In this document: piece after piece, positions 28,646 to 39,433 of the stretch
Layout of the letters: each line of letters starts with the position of its first letter
Position numbering within the stretch: the first letter of the stretch is position 1
IMG/VR virus record: IMGVR_UViG_3300026333_000001
Coordinates: 1 to 58,298 of that record
Length of the DNA: 58,298 bases
Direction: 5' to 3' (one strand)
Source of the DNA: a virus
Lineage: Duplodnaviria > Caudoviricetes
The notes under the pieces: model-generated
The model's database searches: none
Seen by the model: only the letters and a program-made list of their open reading frames with translations
Told to the model about the DNA's origin: nothing
Translations under genes and position numbers: made by a program

Positions 28646-29046
28646 GCCGCCCCCTGTTCCGCATCCACCCGGGCGATGAGCCGTTGCGTGGTGGACCCGT
28701 TGATGTTCAGCAGCCGCGCGGTCTCACGCGGCCCGCACCCGCGACCGCGCAGGATGCGCACCGCCTCGACCCGCTCGGCCCTGCTGAGCGGCACCAGCCC
28801 ACCCGCGCAGGCCCGCTCCACGGCGACCTCGTCGATGACGCCGTCGTCGGGGCGCACCAGCGGATGCGGGCACCGGGCGGCCAGCACCACGGCGAGGGCG
28901 AGCAGTTCCTGCCGGTCAAGGCTGAGCAGCATGTCGGCGACCATCCGCGGGTTCCGCATGTGCACGGCGTAGGTCAGCCACGGCACGGTTGAGGAGGCCA
29001 GCAGTTCGGCCAGCTCGTCCCGCTGCTCGACGGTCAGGCCGGTCAT
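28642..29046 (-). CDS. HTH-domain protein
   Basis: IDEVAVERAC.G..V.LSRAER.EAV..L...RETARLL.INGSTTQR. Confidence 0.7.
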   Translation of the reverse strand: MTGLTVEQRDELAELLASSTVPWLTYAVHMRNPRMVADMLLSLDRQELLALAVVLAARCPHPLVRPDDGVIDEVAVERACAGGLVPLSRAERVEAVRILRGRGCGPRETARLLNINGSTTQRLIARVDAEQGAA

Positions 29047-29297
29047 GAGGCCGGCCTCATCCGCCGCTGGCCTCGGCGGCGCATGCGAACACGCTCATCC
29101 TCGGTGAGGCCACCCCAGATCCCGTACCTCTCCGGTGCGTCGAACGCCTGGTTCAGGCACTTGGCGCGGACTGGGCAGTGGCCACAGATCTTTTGAGCCG
29201 TCTCGATCTGCCGGGTGAACTCGGCGCCGTGGCCGGCCGGGAAGAACAGTTCGGTGTCTTCGTCGCGGCACGCGGCGGCGTCCTTCCAGGTGGTCAT
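29043..29297 (-). CDS. whiB: WhiB-family transcriptional regulator
   Basis: W...AAC...TELFFP...AQKICGHCPVRAKCL..A.....YGIWGGLTEDER; four Cys. Confidence 0.93.
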   Translation of the reverse strand: MTTWKDAAACRDEDTELFFPAGHGAEFTRQIETAQKICGHCPVRAKCLNQAFDAPERYGIWGGLTEDERVRMRRRGQRRMRPAS

Positions 29298-29611
29298 CAG
29301 CTCACCTCCGCTGTTTTGCGGGCCTGGATGGTGGCCTGCGCCCGGAGACCGCCGCGGCGTCTGCGTGCACGCCTGCGGTCGCGGCGGTTCATCCCGGCGA
29401 CCACGCCGTCGGGTTCCTCGCGCGGGCTCAGGGACATCACCCACCTGGTGCACTCGCGGATGACGGGGCACACCCCGCATACGGCCTTGGCCGGGGTGTC
29501 GTCGGGGCTTTCCATGACGACCGACTTGCCGCCGCAGGCCGCCCTCTTGGTCCAGGCGCCGCCGAGAAGTTCTGTCATTGCCTTGTGGTAGGCGCCGCGC
29601 ATGTTGGTCAT
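29297..29611 (-). CDS. Second, divergent WhiB-like protein
   Basis: WTKRAAC...AKAVCGVCPVIREC...GVVAGMNRRDR; four Cys retained, GVWGG altered. Confidence 0.8.
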   Translation of the reverse strand: MTNMRGAYHKAMTELLGGAWTKRAACGGKSVVMESPDDTPAKAVCGVCPVIRECTRWVMSLSPREEPDGVVAGMNRRDRRRARRRRGGLRAQATIQARKTAEVS

Positions 29612-30537
29612 CAGCCGGTCACCTCCTCGAACAGGTCGCCCTGCCCGTTCATCACAGGCGGGGGCTTCGGAACGCCGAGGGCACGGGCCCGCTCGCCGGG
29701 GTCGGTGGTGCGCCAGGCGGCGAGACGGCAGTAGTCGCCGGATCGGTCGATGCTGACGCCGCGGCGGCCGAGGACGTCGGCGACGAGAGCCGTGGTGCCC
29801 GTCCCTCCGAAGGGATCGGCGATCACGCCGCCAATCGGGGACCAGCCGAGGATGATGCGCCGCGGCCACTCCATCGGGAACGCGGCGTAGTGGTCAACTG
29901 CGAGGTGTGCGGGGACCTTGAGGGGCTGGGTGGCGATCTCCCAGACCGAGCCGGGCAGCGCCCCCCGCGCGTTCATTGAGGCGAACCTGCCGCCTCGCGG
30001 ACACGTCTGCGAGCCCTCCTCGCGGGCACGACGGGCCGCCGTCCAGGAGTCGTTGATCTCGCGGTTCCATTTGCGCGCCTCGCGGATCTCATCGACCGCG
30101 CTGAAGTAGCGCGGCTGCTTGGTCAGGTGCACCCAGTCTTCGTGCGAGCGCCGCACCCGGTCGGTCACGCTTTCGGGCAACCCATTGGGCTTGGACCAGA
30201 TCATGACGGCGCGGCCGATCAATCCCAGCTCGTCCCGGCACGCGATCCGGTACCGCTCCGGCAGGAACAGCAGGCTCTTGCCGTCGTACTTGTCGCCGAG
30301 GTCGACGAACATCGACCCCTCGGGCTTCAGCACACGCATCCACTCGCGGGTGCATTCCAGCAGCGCGGCCACGTACTCCTGCGGCGTGGCCTCGGAGCCG
30401 ATCTGCCCTGCGAGGCTGCTGTCTCCGTCGCGGTAATCCCTGAGGGCGTAGTACGGCGGCGAGGTGACGATCAGGTCCACGCTGGCGTCGTCGAGCGGGA
30501 GGTGACGGGCGTCTCCCCGTACGATGACGGCGGCCAT
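29611..30537 (-). CDS. DNA methyltransferase (N4-C/N6-A, beta class)
   Basis: VTSPPYY, RVLKPEGS, WSKPN, HYAAFP, DPFGGTGT. Confidence 0.93.
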   Translation of the reverse strand: MAAVIVRGDARHLPLDDASVDLIVTSPPYYALRDYRDGDSSLAGQIGSEATPQEYVAALLECTREWMRVLKPEGSMFVDLGDKYDGKSLLFLPERYRIACRDELGLIGRAVMIWSKPNGLPESVTDRVRRSHEDWVHLTKQPRYFSAVDEIREARKWNREINDSWTAARRAREEGSQTCPRGGRFASMNARGALPGSVWEIATQPLKVPAHLAVDHYAAFPMEWPRRIILGWSPIGGVIADPFGGTGTTALVADVLGRRGVSIDRSGDYCRLAAWRTTDPGERARALGVPKPPPVMNGQGDLFEEVTG

Positions 30538-33433
30538 CAGTCGGTCACCTCCAGCTCGGTGAAGCGCGTGCACCCGCACGGCGTCGCCTTCGGCCCGCTG
30601 CTGTACGAGCAGACGGTGCGGGTCTTGTCGCGGTCGCGGATGTCATGCAGCTCCTCAGCATGGCCGCAGCCCTCGGTGCCGCAGTGCTTGCCGGCGGCGG
30701 CGACGTGAGCGCAGGGTGGGACCGGGGACTGGGGGGAGGTCACGAGTCCTCGCTCTCCACAGCGTCAGCAGCGGCCAGGAGCTGCGCCGCGTACTGCCGG
30801 GCGTGCCAGGGCTCGCTTTCGCCGGCCTCGCGGCGGATCCACCCGTTGGGCAGGACGCGAGGGCCGACCGCGACGGTCTCGTCGTGGGGGATCTTCGACA
30901 CGACCCAGTGCCCGTCCTCGATTAGCCGCAGCACGGCGTCAGCGGCGCCGGGCCAGCCCCAGTCGGGATCGCTGCCGTCGCAGAAATCGGCCAGGATCTT
31001 CGCGAGCTGTTCGCGGAGGGTGGCCCGACCCGCGAGCGGGGTGTCATCGGGTCGGGCCGGTCCCGGCGGGGTGAGGGCGTCCCCGGCGGGAGTCTGGGAT
31101 GAGGTCACGACGTCCTCCCCGCGTGCCGCTCGCGCCAGGCGAGCACCGCAACCCCGCAGATGGTCCGGTCGCTGTACATCGGCGGGACCACGGCGAGCAG
31201 GAGCGTCACGGCGACGCCGACCGTGAACGCGGCGGCCAGGGGGATGGAGTAGCGGAGCGTCATGACCGCCTCCACTTGATGACGAGCAGCGGCAGCGGGC
31301 ACACGTACACGGCGGCCGGTGCCACGTACACGCCCACCCACGCGTCACGGGGCTCGACGTAGACCGACACGCGGCCGAGCGTGAGGCGCCTCACGGCTGT
31401 TCGCCCCGGGCAATGCGGGCGTCGCGGTACATGATCGCCGCGATGCGGGTAAGCGCCCGGTCGGCCTCGTCGCTGGTGGCCACGTCGTTAATCCGGTCGC
31501 GGAAGTAGTCCTCGATGTCCTTGGCGACCTGCTCGCGGACCTGCCGCTCATGGTCGGCCAGCACTGCAGCGATGGCGGCCCGGTTTGGCGAGTTGTCGCC
31601 GCGTTCGCGGGCCTGTAGCCATGCCCTAAAAAAGACGTCCACCAGCTCGTCGGGTACCTGCTCGGGTTTCACAGCCCCTCCCGCTTGCGGTCGTTGAACT
31701 GAGCCCAGCCGTCGTCGATGGCGGCGTGGTAGCCGCTCTCGCGGCCCTGCCTGCGGCCTCGGTGCACGCCGTAGCGGTAGGCGACCCAGACGGGGAAGGC
31801 CAGGGCGACGGCGGTGATGATGACGGCGGTCACAGCCCCTCCGTCTCGTGGTCGTAGACCTCGGCGGGCTCGCCGTACGCCTCATCACGAGCAGCGCCCG
31901 CGTCGTAGCCGGTGACCTCGTCCATGCGGGTGTCGAACCTCGCCATGTCCCAGCCCTCGCGATAGCCCTCGTGGTAGCCGCGCTGGTAGAAGAAGTCACG
32001 CGTGAGCCAGATGCTCAGCCCGGCGGTGGCGCCCAGGACCATGAACAGGACGGCGGCGAAGATGAGGATCTGGTGCGGTGGGGGGATCACGCGTCCCCAC
32101 CCCGCTCGGCCTCTATCTCCTCACGGACGGACGCGAGGACATCGGCGGCGGGCAGCCCGTAGGCCGCAGCGGCGCCGGAGAGGAGGCGAGCGTTCTCCTC
32201 GGTGAGCCGCGCGACTTCCTGCTCCAGCGCTACCGCTGCGTCACGGGCCCGGTCACGGTCGCCGATGAGCCGGGTCACCTCAGCCCGGTACGCATCCAGC
32301 ACGGCGGTTTCTTCGGGGATCATTCGGTACCGCCTTCAAGGACGTCGGCGAGGGTTTGGAGGGCTAGGCACCGCTGGTCGTTGCGGAGCGCGTTCAGGGC
32401 GGTCGCGGCGGCGTCGGTCAAGCGCTTCACGTCGGCCTCGGCCGCTTCCTTCTCGGCGACCAGAGCGCTGATGTTGGCCTGCAGCACGTCCTCGCCCGCC
32501 TGGTGCGCCTTGGCCGCGCGACGGTTCTCCTCGCACTTCTCCCGGAGCCGCTTCACCTCGGCGAGCAGGCCGTCAGCGTGCGCGAGTGCGTCAGAGATGA
32601 TCAGGTCGCTGTCGCGGTCCGGTCGCGCGGGGATGCTCATCCGCCAGCGACCGGGACCGGTGCGTCGGCAGATCTCACCGACCTCGGTGTGCGCCTTCTC
32701 CAGCGCGGCCTTGACGACGTCGAGGTCAGTCATGACCGGGCCCCCACGTAATTGCAGTCGTATCCGGGGGTCGCACCCCACTGGTAGGCGCGCTTGCAGC
32801 GCAGCGTGAGCGTCATCCCCGGATGCAGCAGTGAGCAGCGGGAGTCGTCGCAGGCGCGCTGTCGGCCGTCGGTGAAGGCGACGACGAACCGCTCCTCCAT
32901 CGTCTTGTCGCCGGTGGAGACGAGCCGCTTGGAGACCGTCTGGATGGTGCCCGTGGTCGTCTGCCACGAGTGGTACTCCCACCGGTACGGCCAGAACGCG
33001 ATCGCGGCGATACCGACGATGACGAGAGCAACGCCGACGGCGCCCCACTTGGGCAGGGTGAAGTCGTCGTCTTCCTTGGCCCAGTACCGGAGGACGAAGA
33101 ACGCGATCGCCGTGGCGATGAACAGGACGCCCGCGATGGGCAGTCCGATGATGATTCCGAGCGATGGCATTACGCGGTCCTCGCAGCGGTCAGGGCGGGC
33201 AGGGTGGTGGTGCGGCGCGGCCGGGCGTGGCAGTTCTCGTGCTCGAACCGGCGCCGGCGGTAGGTGAGTCCCCGGCGGAACCTCCCGGGCCAAGCCGCGA
33301 GAGCGGCGGCGAGGTCCCGGGCGTCGCGGGCGGTGGCGGTGAAGACCTGCGGGTGGCGGGCGATCCAGGCGAGCAGCACGTAGGAGGCGACGAGGAGGGT
33401 GAGCATCGCGGCCACGGTGAGGGTGTGGGTCAC
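30537..33433 (-). other. Cluster of about 11 small hypothetical early genes, several with single TM segments (e.g. 31105-31263, 31260-31394, 31669-31833, 31830-32090, 32730-33170, 33170-33433)
   Basis: Coupled GTGA/ATGA overlaps; hydrophobic N-termini. Confidence 0.6.
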
Positions 33434-33783
33434 GACGACGCACCCGCGATCGCGAGCTGTTCGGGGCGACGGATACCGTCACGCTCGGCCACCTCGGCGG
33501 CGCACCGTCGCAGCGCGGACGTGACCTGCTCGGCGGTGCGTTCCGGCGCGTCGTTCCAGTTGACGACGGACTCGACGCCGAGCCGTCCTTGCAGCGATTC
33601 GATCGCGGCGCAAATGGCGTCGGCCTCGCTGGGAGTGGCCTTCGCCATGTCCACGCCAGCCGCCGCGTATATCGCGGCTAGGGTGCACATGCCCGTGCCG
33701 CGCGGGTCATACAGGTCGCCCTGGTACCAGCCGACCTCATCGATGACGTCGGCCGTCCTGGCCAGGATCTCGGCGGTGTTCAC
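33430..33783 (-). CDS. DUF6197-like protein
   Basis: EIL..TADVI...GWYQG.....MCTLAAI...WNDAPERTAEQV..AL. Confidence 0.75.
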   Translation of the reverse strand: MNTAEILARTADVIDEVGWYQGDLYDPRGTGMCTLAAIYAAAGVDMAKATPSEADAICAAIESLQGRLGVESVVNWNDAPERTAEQVTSALRRCAAEVAERDGIRRPEQLAIAGASS

Positions 33784-34553
33784 GAAGGCACCTCCGTCAT
33801 GACGTGCCGCTCCCACTTCTGGACGAACGCGGTGTCGATGGACTGGTTCGGGCGGATCGAGCCGAACGGCGTGCCGCACTGGCAGCGGCCGTACAGCTCG
33901 CAGTCGCCGTACTCGACGACCAGGGCATGCCCGCCCTCCCAGGTGGCCGGGAAGGTCTCCTCGGTCACGACCCCTCGCCTTCCGGGACCTGCGCCGCCTC
34001 GGGCTGCGGGTCCACGACCGTGGCATCCATCGGTTCGGGGGCAAGGCACGACGTGTCCACGTCTGCGGCGTGCGACCAGCCGAGCGCGTCGCGGACGATC
34101 GGCTGCTGGCAGTTCCGGCACGCGACCGGGTTCCGCTGCGCGTCCTGCTCATCGGCGATCCGCCGATAGTCCGCAGCGCGGCGGCGCAGATCGTCGGCCT
34201 CCCCGGCAGCACGGCGCATCACCTCGTCGGCGAGCCCGTCAAGGCTGTCGGCGTGGCCGCGTAGGCTGTCCGGGGTCTTGTCGCTGTACAGCTCGATACG
34301 ATTACTCATGACGCGGTCCCTTCATGTCGGCGTCATCGGCGGCCCTCGGTAGCTCGGGGGCCGTCTCGCTTGTGGGGTGAATCTGGTCGGTAACGGCGCG
34401 CAGGTGGCGGCGCAGCGTCTCCTCCAGCGGCACGCAGGCACGGCAGTCGTGGTCGGCGGGCCGGTCCTCACCGCACGGCCCGCACCAGGTGAGCGGCACC
34501 AGCACGGCGCGTACGCCCTTCAGTGAGGACACGAGCCACATGGGGGCGATCAC
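33780..34553 (-). other. Three small hypothetical genes (33780-33968, 33965-34309, 34302-34553)
   Basis: Coupled ORFs with CxxC pairs. Confidence 0.55.
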
Positions 34554-35257
34554 GATGCGGCTCCGATCGTGAGCTGTTCATCGGGATCTTCGTCGCTCCC
34601 AGACACGACCCCGGTCAGGCGTTGGGCAATCCGCTCGCAGTACCGCTCATCGATCTCCACACCGATGGCCTTACGGCCGATCGCCTTCGCGGCCAGCAAC
34701 GCAGAACCCCCACCGGCGAAGGGGTCAAGAACCGTGGCCGGGGCGAGCTTGCTGATCAGGTACCGCAGAAGCGCCTGCGGCTTCTCGGTCGGGTGCACGC
34801 GGGTCGCTGCCGGTGACTTCGGGTAGCGCAGAACGCTTTGGTCTCGGCTACCGACCGTCTTGCCGTATCCGGCCGAGGCGATCAGCTCGTACGACGGCCC
34901 CCAGTGCTTGAGGTCGCCCATGCCGGGGTCGCCCTTGTCCCAGACGAGCATGCCGCGCAGCGGGAACCATGGCCCGAGTTCGGCCCACACGTCAGGCCAG
35001 ACGTCCCAGCGGGTGAACCACAGCACATGGTTTGAGCGCAGCAGCGGGATCACTGAACGCTGGAGAGCGATGGACAGCCGCACGCCGTCGTTCGTGATCG
35101 GTCGGGCACCACGGCCGACGGTGCGGTTCGAGACGTAGTTGATGCCGTACGGCGGGTCGGTGACGACGAGGTCAACTGGGTCGAGGGTTGGCAGGACATC
35201 GCGGCAGTCCGAGTGATACAGCGTCACCGTGTCGTCGGCGTAGTAGGGGGCCATCAC
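34550..35257 (-). CDS. DNA methyltransferase (N6-A/N4-C, beta class)
   Basis: VTDPPYG, HPTEKP, LDPFAGGGS, GVEIDERYCE. Confidence 0.93.
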   Translation of the reverse strand: MMAPYYADDTVTLYHSDCRDVLPTLDPVDLVVTDPPYGINYVSNRTVGRGARPITNDGVRLSIALQRSVIPLLRSNHVLWFTRWDVWPDVWAELGPWFPLRGMLVWDKGDPGMGDLKHWGPSYELIASAGYGKTVGSRDQSVLRYPKSPAATRVHPTEKPQALLRYLISKLAPATVLDPFAGGGSALLAAKAIGRKAIGVEIDERYCERIAQRLTGVVSGSDEDPDEQLTIGAAS

Positions 35258-35796
35258 GACGCCTCCCCGCTCGGCACCGGCCGTACGGTCCCGTCGTCAT
35301 CGAGCAGGCACCAGCCGTAGACTGCGTGATCGACTCGCTCGAGCCGGGGATGTTGTGACTGCTTCAGCCAGAAGCCCCTACGGTGCATCTCGGCGTCGCG
35401 GGACTCCGCCTTGCGGTGGCAGCCCGTGGTGGCGCTTCCGCACAGCAAGATCAAGTTGGCCGGAGAATTTGTTCTCGGGTCCGAGGACCCCCCGTCACCA
35501 CGGGCCACCCTGTGCTGAATGCTGTAGTCGACTCCCGCGACACCCTTGACAGGGTCGCCGCAGTCGGCGCACCGCCAGTCGTCGCGCTGCATGACCAGAG
35601 CCCGGGTGTTGCGGTCCGGGCCGGTGTCGACGTGCTTGACGCCTTCGAGGTGCCACTGCCCGTACCAGCACTGCGCGACCCGCTTGGGCGTCTCCTTCCG
35701 AAGCCCGAGGTCCGTCACCTTGACCAGGGCGCGTTCGGCGGCGGCCTGATCGCGGTACGTCTTGGTGCCGCAGGCGCACTTCGACTTGAGGGTCAC
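35254..35796 (-). CDS. HNH endonuclease
   Basis: RD.WRCADCG...IQHRVARG.GG....N.PANL.LLCG....GCH. Confidence 0.85.
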   Translation of the reverse strand: MTLKSKCACGTKTYRDQAAAERALVKVTDLGLRKETPKRVAQCWYGQWHLEGVKHVDTGPDRNTRALVMQRDDWRCADCGDPVKGVAGVDYSIQHRVARGDGGSSDPRTNSPANLILLCGSATTGCHRKAESRDAEMHRRGFWLKQSQHPRLERVDHAVYGWCLLDDDGTVRPVPSGEAS

Positions 35797-35950
35797 GGCT
35801 GCACCTCTTCTTTGGGGCCCTTGCAGCCCTTGTCAGCCCAGCGGCACGGGTCGTCCGCGGTCTCGCCGGGATAGATCAGGTGGCCACACGGGCGGCGGTG
35901 CGCGGCGTAGATGTCCGCCGACGGCGTATCCGCGGTGTCGTGGCGGCGGG

Positions 35951-36331
35951 TCATGGGTGCACGCCCGTCCCGGCGAGCTTCATCTCGTCGCGGGTGGTGG
36001 CGGACAGGGTGCGGCCGACGTCGATACGGGCGTGCACGGCTCGGATCGCCTCACGGCAGCCCGACACCTTCCGTTCCGCAAGATCGGCAGCGAAACGTTC
36101 ATCGGCGGCGACGAGGATCGCGAATTGACGGCGCTCCTCCACGGTGCCTTCGGCACGCATGTACGCCTCCGCGTACGCCACCTCGGCCTTCTTCTTCGCC
36201 TCCGGCGCCGCATCGCCGAGCCCGCGGTATTCGGTGACCAGTTCGTCGAGCGCTCCGCTGAGCTGGATCAGGTGCGAGGCGATCTCGTTGGGCGTCATGT
36301 CCGCGCCGGGCTGCGCGTGCTGGCCGCTCAC
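35951..36331 (-). CDS. Coiled-coil hypothetical protein (recombination module)
   Basis: 126 aa helical; EGTVEERR motif; next to ERF. Confidence 0.65.
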   Translation of the reverse strand: MSGQHAQPGADMTPNEIASHLIQLSGALDELVTEYRGLGDAAPEAKKKAEVAYAEAYMRAEGTVEERRQFAILVAADERFAADLAERKVSGCREAIRAVHARIDVGRTLSATTRDEMKLAGTGVHP

Positions 36332-36852
36332 GCCTGCTCACCGCCTGCCGGGAGCGCGGGCGTGGCCAGGTACTCCAGCGGGTTGAACCGCCCTTCCCGC
36401 CACGCCTCCTCGATCGCCTCACGACCCCCGTCGGCGTACCGGACACTGAACCCCGTGGGAGTGTCAGAGCCGGGGCGTACCCTCGCCCACTTCACGGCCT
36501 CGCCCGTGCGGGTGTCGATGACGTCGCCGCCGACGATCTTCAACCGGCCGACGACCGCACGCCGGAACGACTCCCGCACCGCGGTGACGACCTCGCTCGG
36601 GTGCTCGGCCTTGACCCAGCGCAGGAACGCCGCGTCATCGACGCTGATCCCCGCCCGGGGGGTGGTGAGCGTCGCCGTGCCGACCTGCGTCCCGTCGGGC
36701 AGTTCGATGTCTACGGACTTGACGCCGAGGGCGTCCCGGGCGGCCAGCAGTGCGGCCAGGGCTTCGGCGCGTCCGGTCTGGTCTGCGTCGGCGATCAGCT
36801 CCTTCAGCAGCTTGGACAGCAGGGCGCCGCGCACCGAGTCTTTGAGGCTCAT
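36328..36852 (-). CDS. Hypothetical protein of the recombination module
   Basis: 174 aa; AFLRWV..EHP.EV...VR.SF. Confidence 0.65.
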   Translation of the reverse strand: MSLKDSVRGALLSKLLKELIADADQTGRAEALAALLAARDALGVKSVDIELPDGTQVGTATLTTPRAGISVDDAAFLRWVKAEHPSEVVTAVRESFRRAVVGRLKIVGGDVIDTRTGEAVKWARVRPGSDTPTGFSVRYADGGREAIEEAWREGRFNPLEYLATPALPAGGEQA

Positions 36853-37502
36853 GCCGGGGACTCCTCCAGCTCCTTCTTGCGCAGCTCGAAGACCTGCTCG
36901 AACGTCGCCCGGTCATCGGCGGTGAGCTGGCCCCGCTGGGTCTTGCTGCTCATCTCCCCCCACAGGCCACGCAGCTCACCGAGCGAGGCGGCGGCGGACA
37001 GGCGGGTCTCGAACTTGTTGGCCCAGTCCCAGTCGGTGACCGGCTCGACCTGTGCGGGCGTGGACCGTTCGTAGGTGTGGGAGTCCGGCTCGGGCTCATC
37101 CGTGGGGATGCACAGCGCCTGCAGCAGCGCGATGCGGTACGCCACGGACATGGCTTTGGGTGCGCCCTTGTCGCCGAAGTCCATGGACTCGCCCGGCACC
37201 TCGGCGTCGATGAAGTCCCCGGCCGGGCCGTAGAACCGGTACGTCACCGTGACGGTGCACTCCCGCGACGGCTTGCCGCGGGAGGTCTGCACGTCCCGGT
37301 ACCGGGCCTCCGACTTCGCGGGGACCGCGATGACGCCGTGCTTGCGGAACGCCGGCCCGACCGCGTTGATGACGGCATCGATGCCACGGAACGGGTAGTT
37401 CTGGTCGGTGTTCCGGCTGTTCTTGCCGACCGCCTGCACATCACCCATGACCGCGAGCAGGGCCTCGATTACGGTCGGCTTCTCGGTGTTCTGTTCCGTC
37501 AT
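36849..37502 (-). CDS. ERF-family single-strand annealing protein
   Basis: YPFRGIDAVINAV.P..RKHG, GESMDFGDKG..KAMSVAYR.ALLQALCIPT. Confidence 0.9.
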   Translation of the reverse strand: MTEQNTEKPTVIEALLAVMGDVQAVGKNSRNTDQNYPFRGIDAVINAVGPAFRKHGVIAVPAKSEARYRDVQTSRGKPSRECTVTVTYRFYGPAGDFIDAEVPGESMDFGDKGAPKAMSVAYRIALLQALCIPTDEPEPDSHTYERSTPAQVEPVTDWDWANKFETRLSAAASLGELRGLWGEMSSKTQRGQLTADDRATFEQVFELRKKELEESPA

Positions 37503-37572
37503 GATCGTGACCACCTGCACTTACAGCGGAGCCGGTAATAGGTCTGGTAGAGCGTGCAGAAGGAGCGCGCCT

Positions 37573-39433
37573 TCACATCCGCCTCCCGACGAGCGTGAGG
37601 ACCGCGGCGAGGACGTGCCCCCGGCAGTCGATGACGTAGGTCTCGGCGTCGAACTCGGGCCCGGTCAGCGCCACGTCCAGCACGGTGGACGGGTCCTCAG
37701 CGGCCTGTAGGCGCAGCAGCGCGTCGGTCAGCACCTCGATGGCGGCCCAACCGTCCTCGGCCGTCAGGTGCCCGGCGTGGTCGCGGAGCGCGGCGGCGAC
37801 GTCGGCGTTGGCGATCTCCCGGTTCTGGTGCAGCCGGGCCAGGTCCTCCCACACCTCACCGGTCAGCGGCGGTAGGGGGTTGCCGCAGACGAGCTTGTTG
37901 CGGCAGGTGCGGCACAGCGGCTTCGGCTGATGGTCGCGTGGGTCGAGACTCCACGCGATGGTGGACACGCACCGCCAGCAGCCACGGCAGGGTTGGAAGC
38001 CGCCCCCGGTGTAGGGGTAGATGACCGTCGTCTCGGCGGCGCGGTATCCGCTAGGCATCGGACACCTCCGTGGCGTCCCGAGCGGTGAGGATGTCCCGCA
38101 GCCGCTCGACGGTGGCTTCGGCTTCCTTCAGCTCGTCCTCGGCCTTCACGGTGCGGGCTACCCACTGGTCTCGCTCGGCGCGTAGCCGCTCCACCTCGAC
38201 CTCCCGGTATCCGCTAGGCATGAGGCACCTCGCCTTCGACCTCGATCGAGGCGAACTCGACGATCCGCGTGGGGCCGTCGCCCGCCGCTGCCTTGAGCAG
38301 TCGCATGGCCCGCTCCAGCGCTCTGGCCGGGCTCACGGCCTGCGAGATGAACTGCGTCCCCTCGCGCCACGCCGTCACGCGGTACAGCAGTGGCGCACCG
38401 TTGGCGTCGCGGCCGAGTACGGCGAACTGGACAGCGTCGGCGTGCGGTGCGTCGGAGTGGACGGCCGCGAAAATCGCGTGGTCCAGGTCGCTGGTGTGGA
38501 CGGTGCTCATGAGGCACCGCCGATGGACTCGATCGTGAAGCGGCCCCCGCTGTTCAAGCCGCACAGGATCCCGCCGCTCTGCTTGTCGACGTCCACGTAC
38601 ACCTCGACGTCCCGGGAGCGCAGGCGCGGCCTGGCGTAGTCGAAGATGACCTCGGCCAACTCGTCGGCCGTCGCTGCCACGGTGACCAGCGGGGGTACGA
38701 GGTGGTCGCGGCCGATGCGGTCGAACGTCACCCGATATGAGGTGATCGGCTCGTCGTGGTCCAGGTCGCTGGTGTGGACGGTCATGAGGAACCCCCGTAC
38801 AGCTCGTGGATCGTCCGCCAGTTGCGGAGGACGTCCGCAGCACCAAGCCGCGTCAGCTCGTAGTTGGCGGCGAGGTACGCGACCGCCTCGTCCCGGGTGA
38901 TGAGTCCTTCGCTCACGGCCTTGCCGTGCGCGTAGATCACATCGGCGAGAGGAACGATGGGCTCCGTCATGAGGCACCACCACGGCGGGCGAGGATGACC
39001 TTCGTCCACTGGGCGGTCAAGGCATCCAGCTCACGCCGCGAGTCACCGTCGAGGCCGTACCGGGAAGCGACAGCGTTCAACGGGTCAGGAAAGAGCGCGT
39101 CGTAGTGCCGCTCCGACGGGGTGAGCGGGCCACCAACAGGTCCCCGCCAGGTCTGGGCGAGCAGGTCGCAATGCGGGTTGAGCGGATGCAGCATCTCGAC
39201 GTCGACCAGGCGGTCCCAGCCGGGCTCACGCTCGTCCAGCAGCGCCGCACCTCGGGCGACGCGGGTTTCGATGGTGTCGCTCAACGGGTGCTCCCCCGGT
39301 CGGCGTGGACGTGACAGATGCCGGTCGTGGAGTACTCGGCGAGGACGAGCCGCAGGTGGCCGTCGCGCACGATGGCGTACTCGTGGCCCTGGTAGTAGGT
39401 GCGGCGGACACCGTGGTCGTTGTAGCCGGTCAT
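37573..39433 (-). other. Array of small hypothetical genes (37573-38058, 38051-38221, 38214-38510, 38507-38785, 38782-38970, 38967-39284, 39281-39433)
   Basis: Coupled ORFs with duplicated N-termini and junction repeats. Confidence 0.65.
38042..38978 (-). repeat. Gene-start and junction direct repeats
   Basis: 17 bp at 38042-38058 and 38205-38221; 28 bp at 38477-38504 and 38755-38782; CATGAGGCACC at 38219, 38508 and 38968 (variant at 38783). Confidence 0.9.

Noticed and set aside
31380-31395. 16-bp perfect palindrome CGTGAGGCGCCTCACG at a gene start
   Set aside because: Single GC-rich copy with no second occurrence noticed; may be chance.
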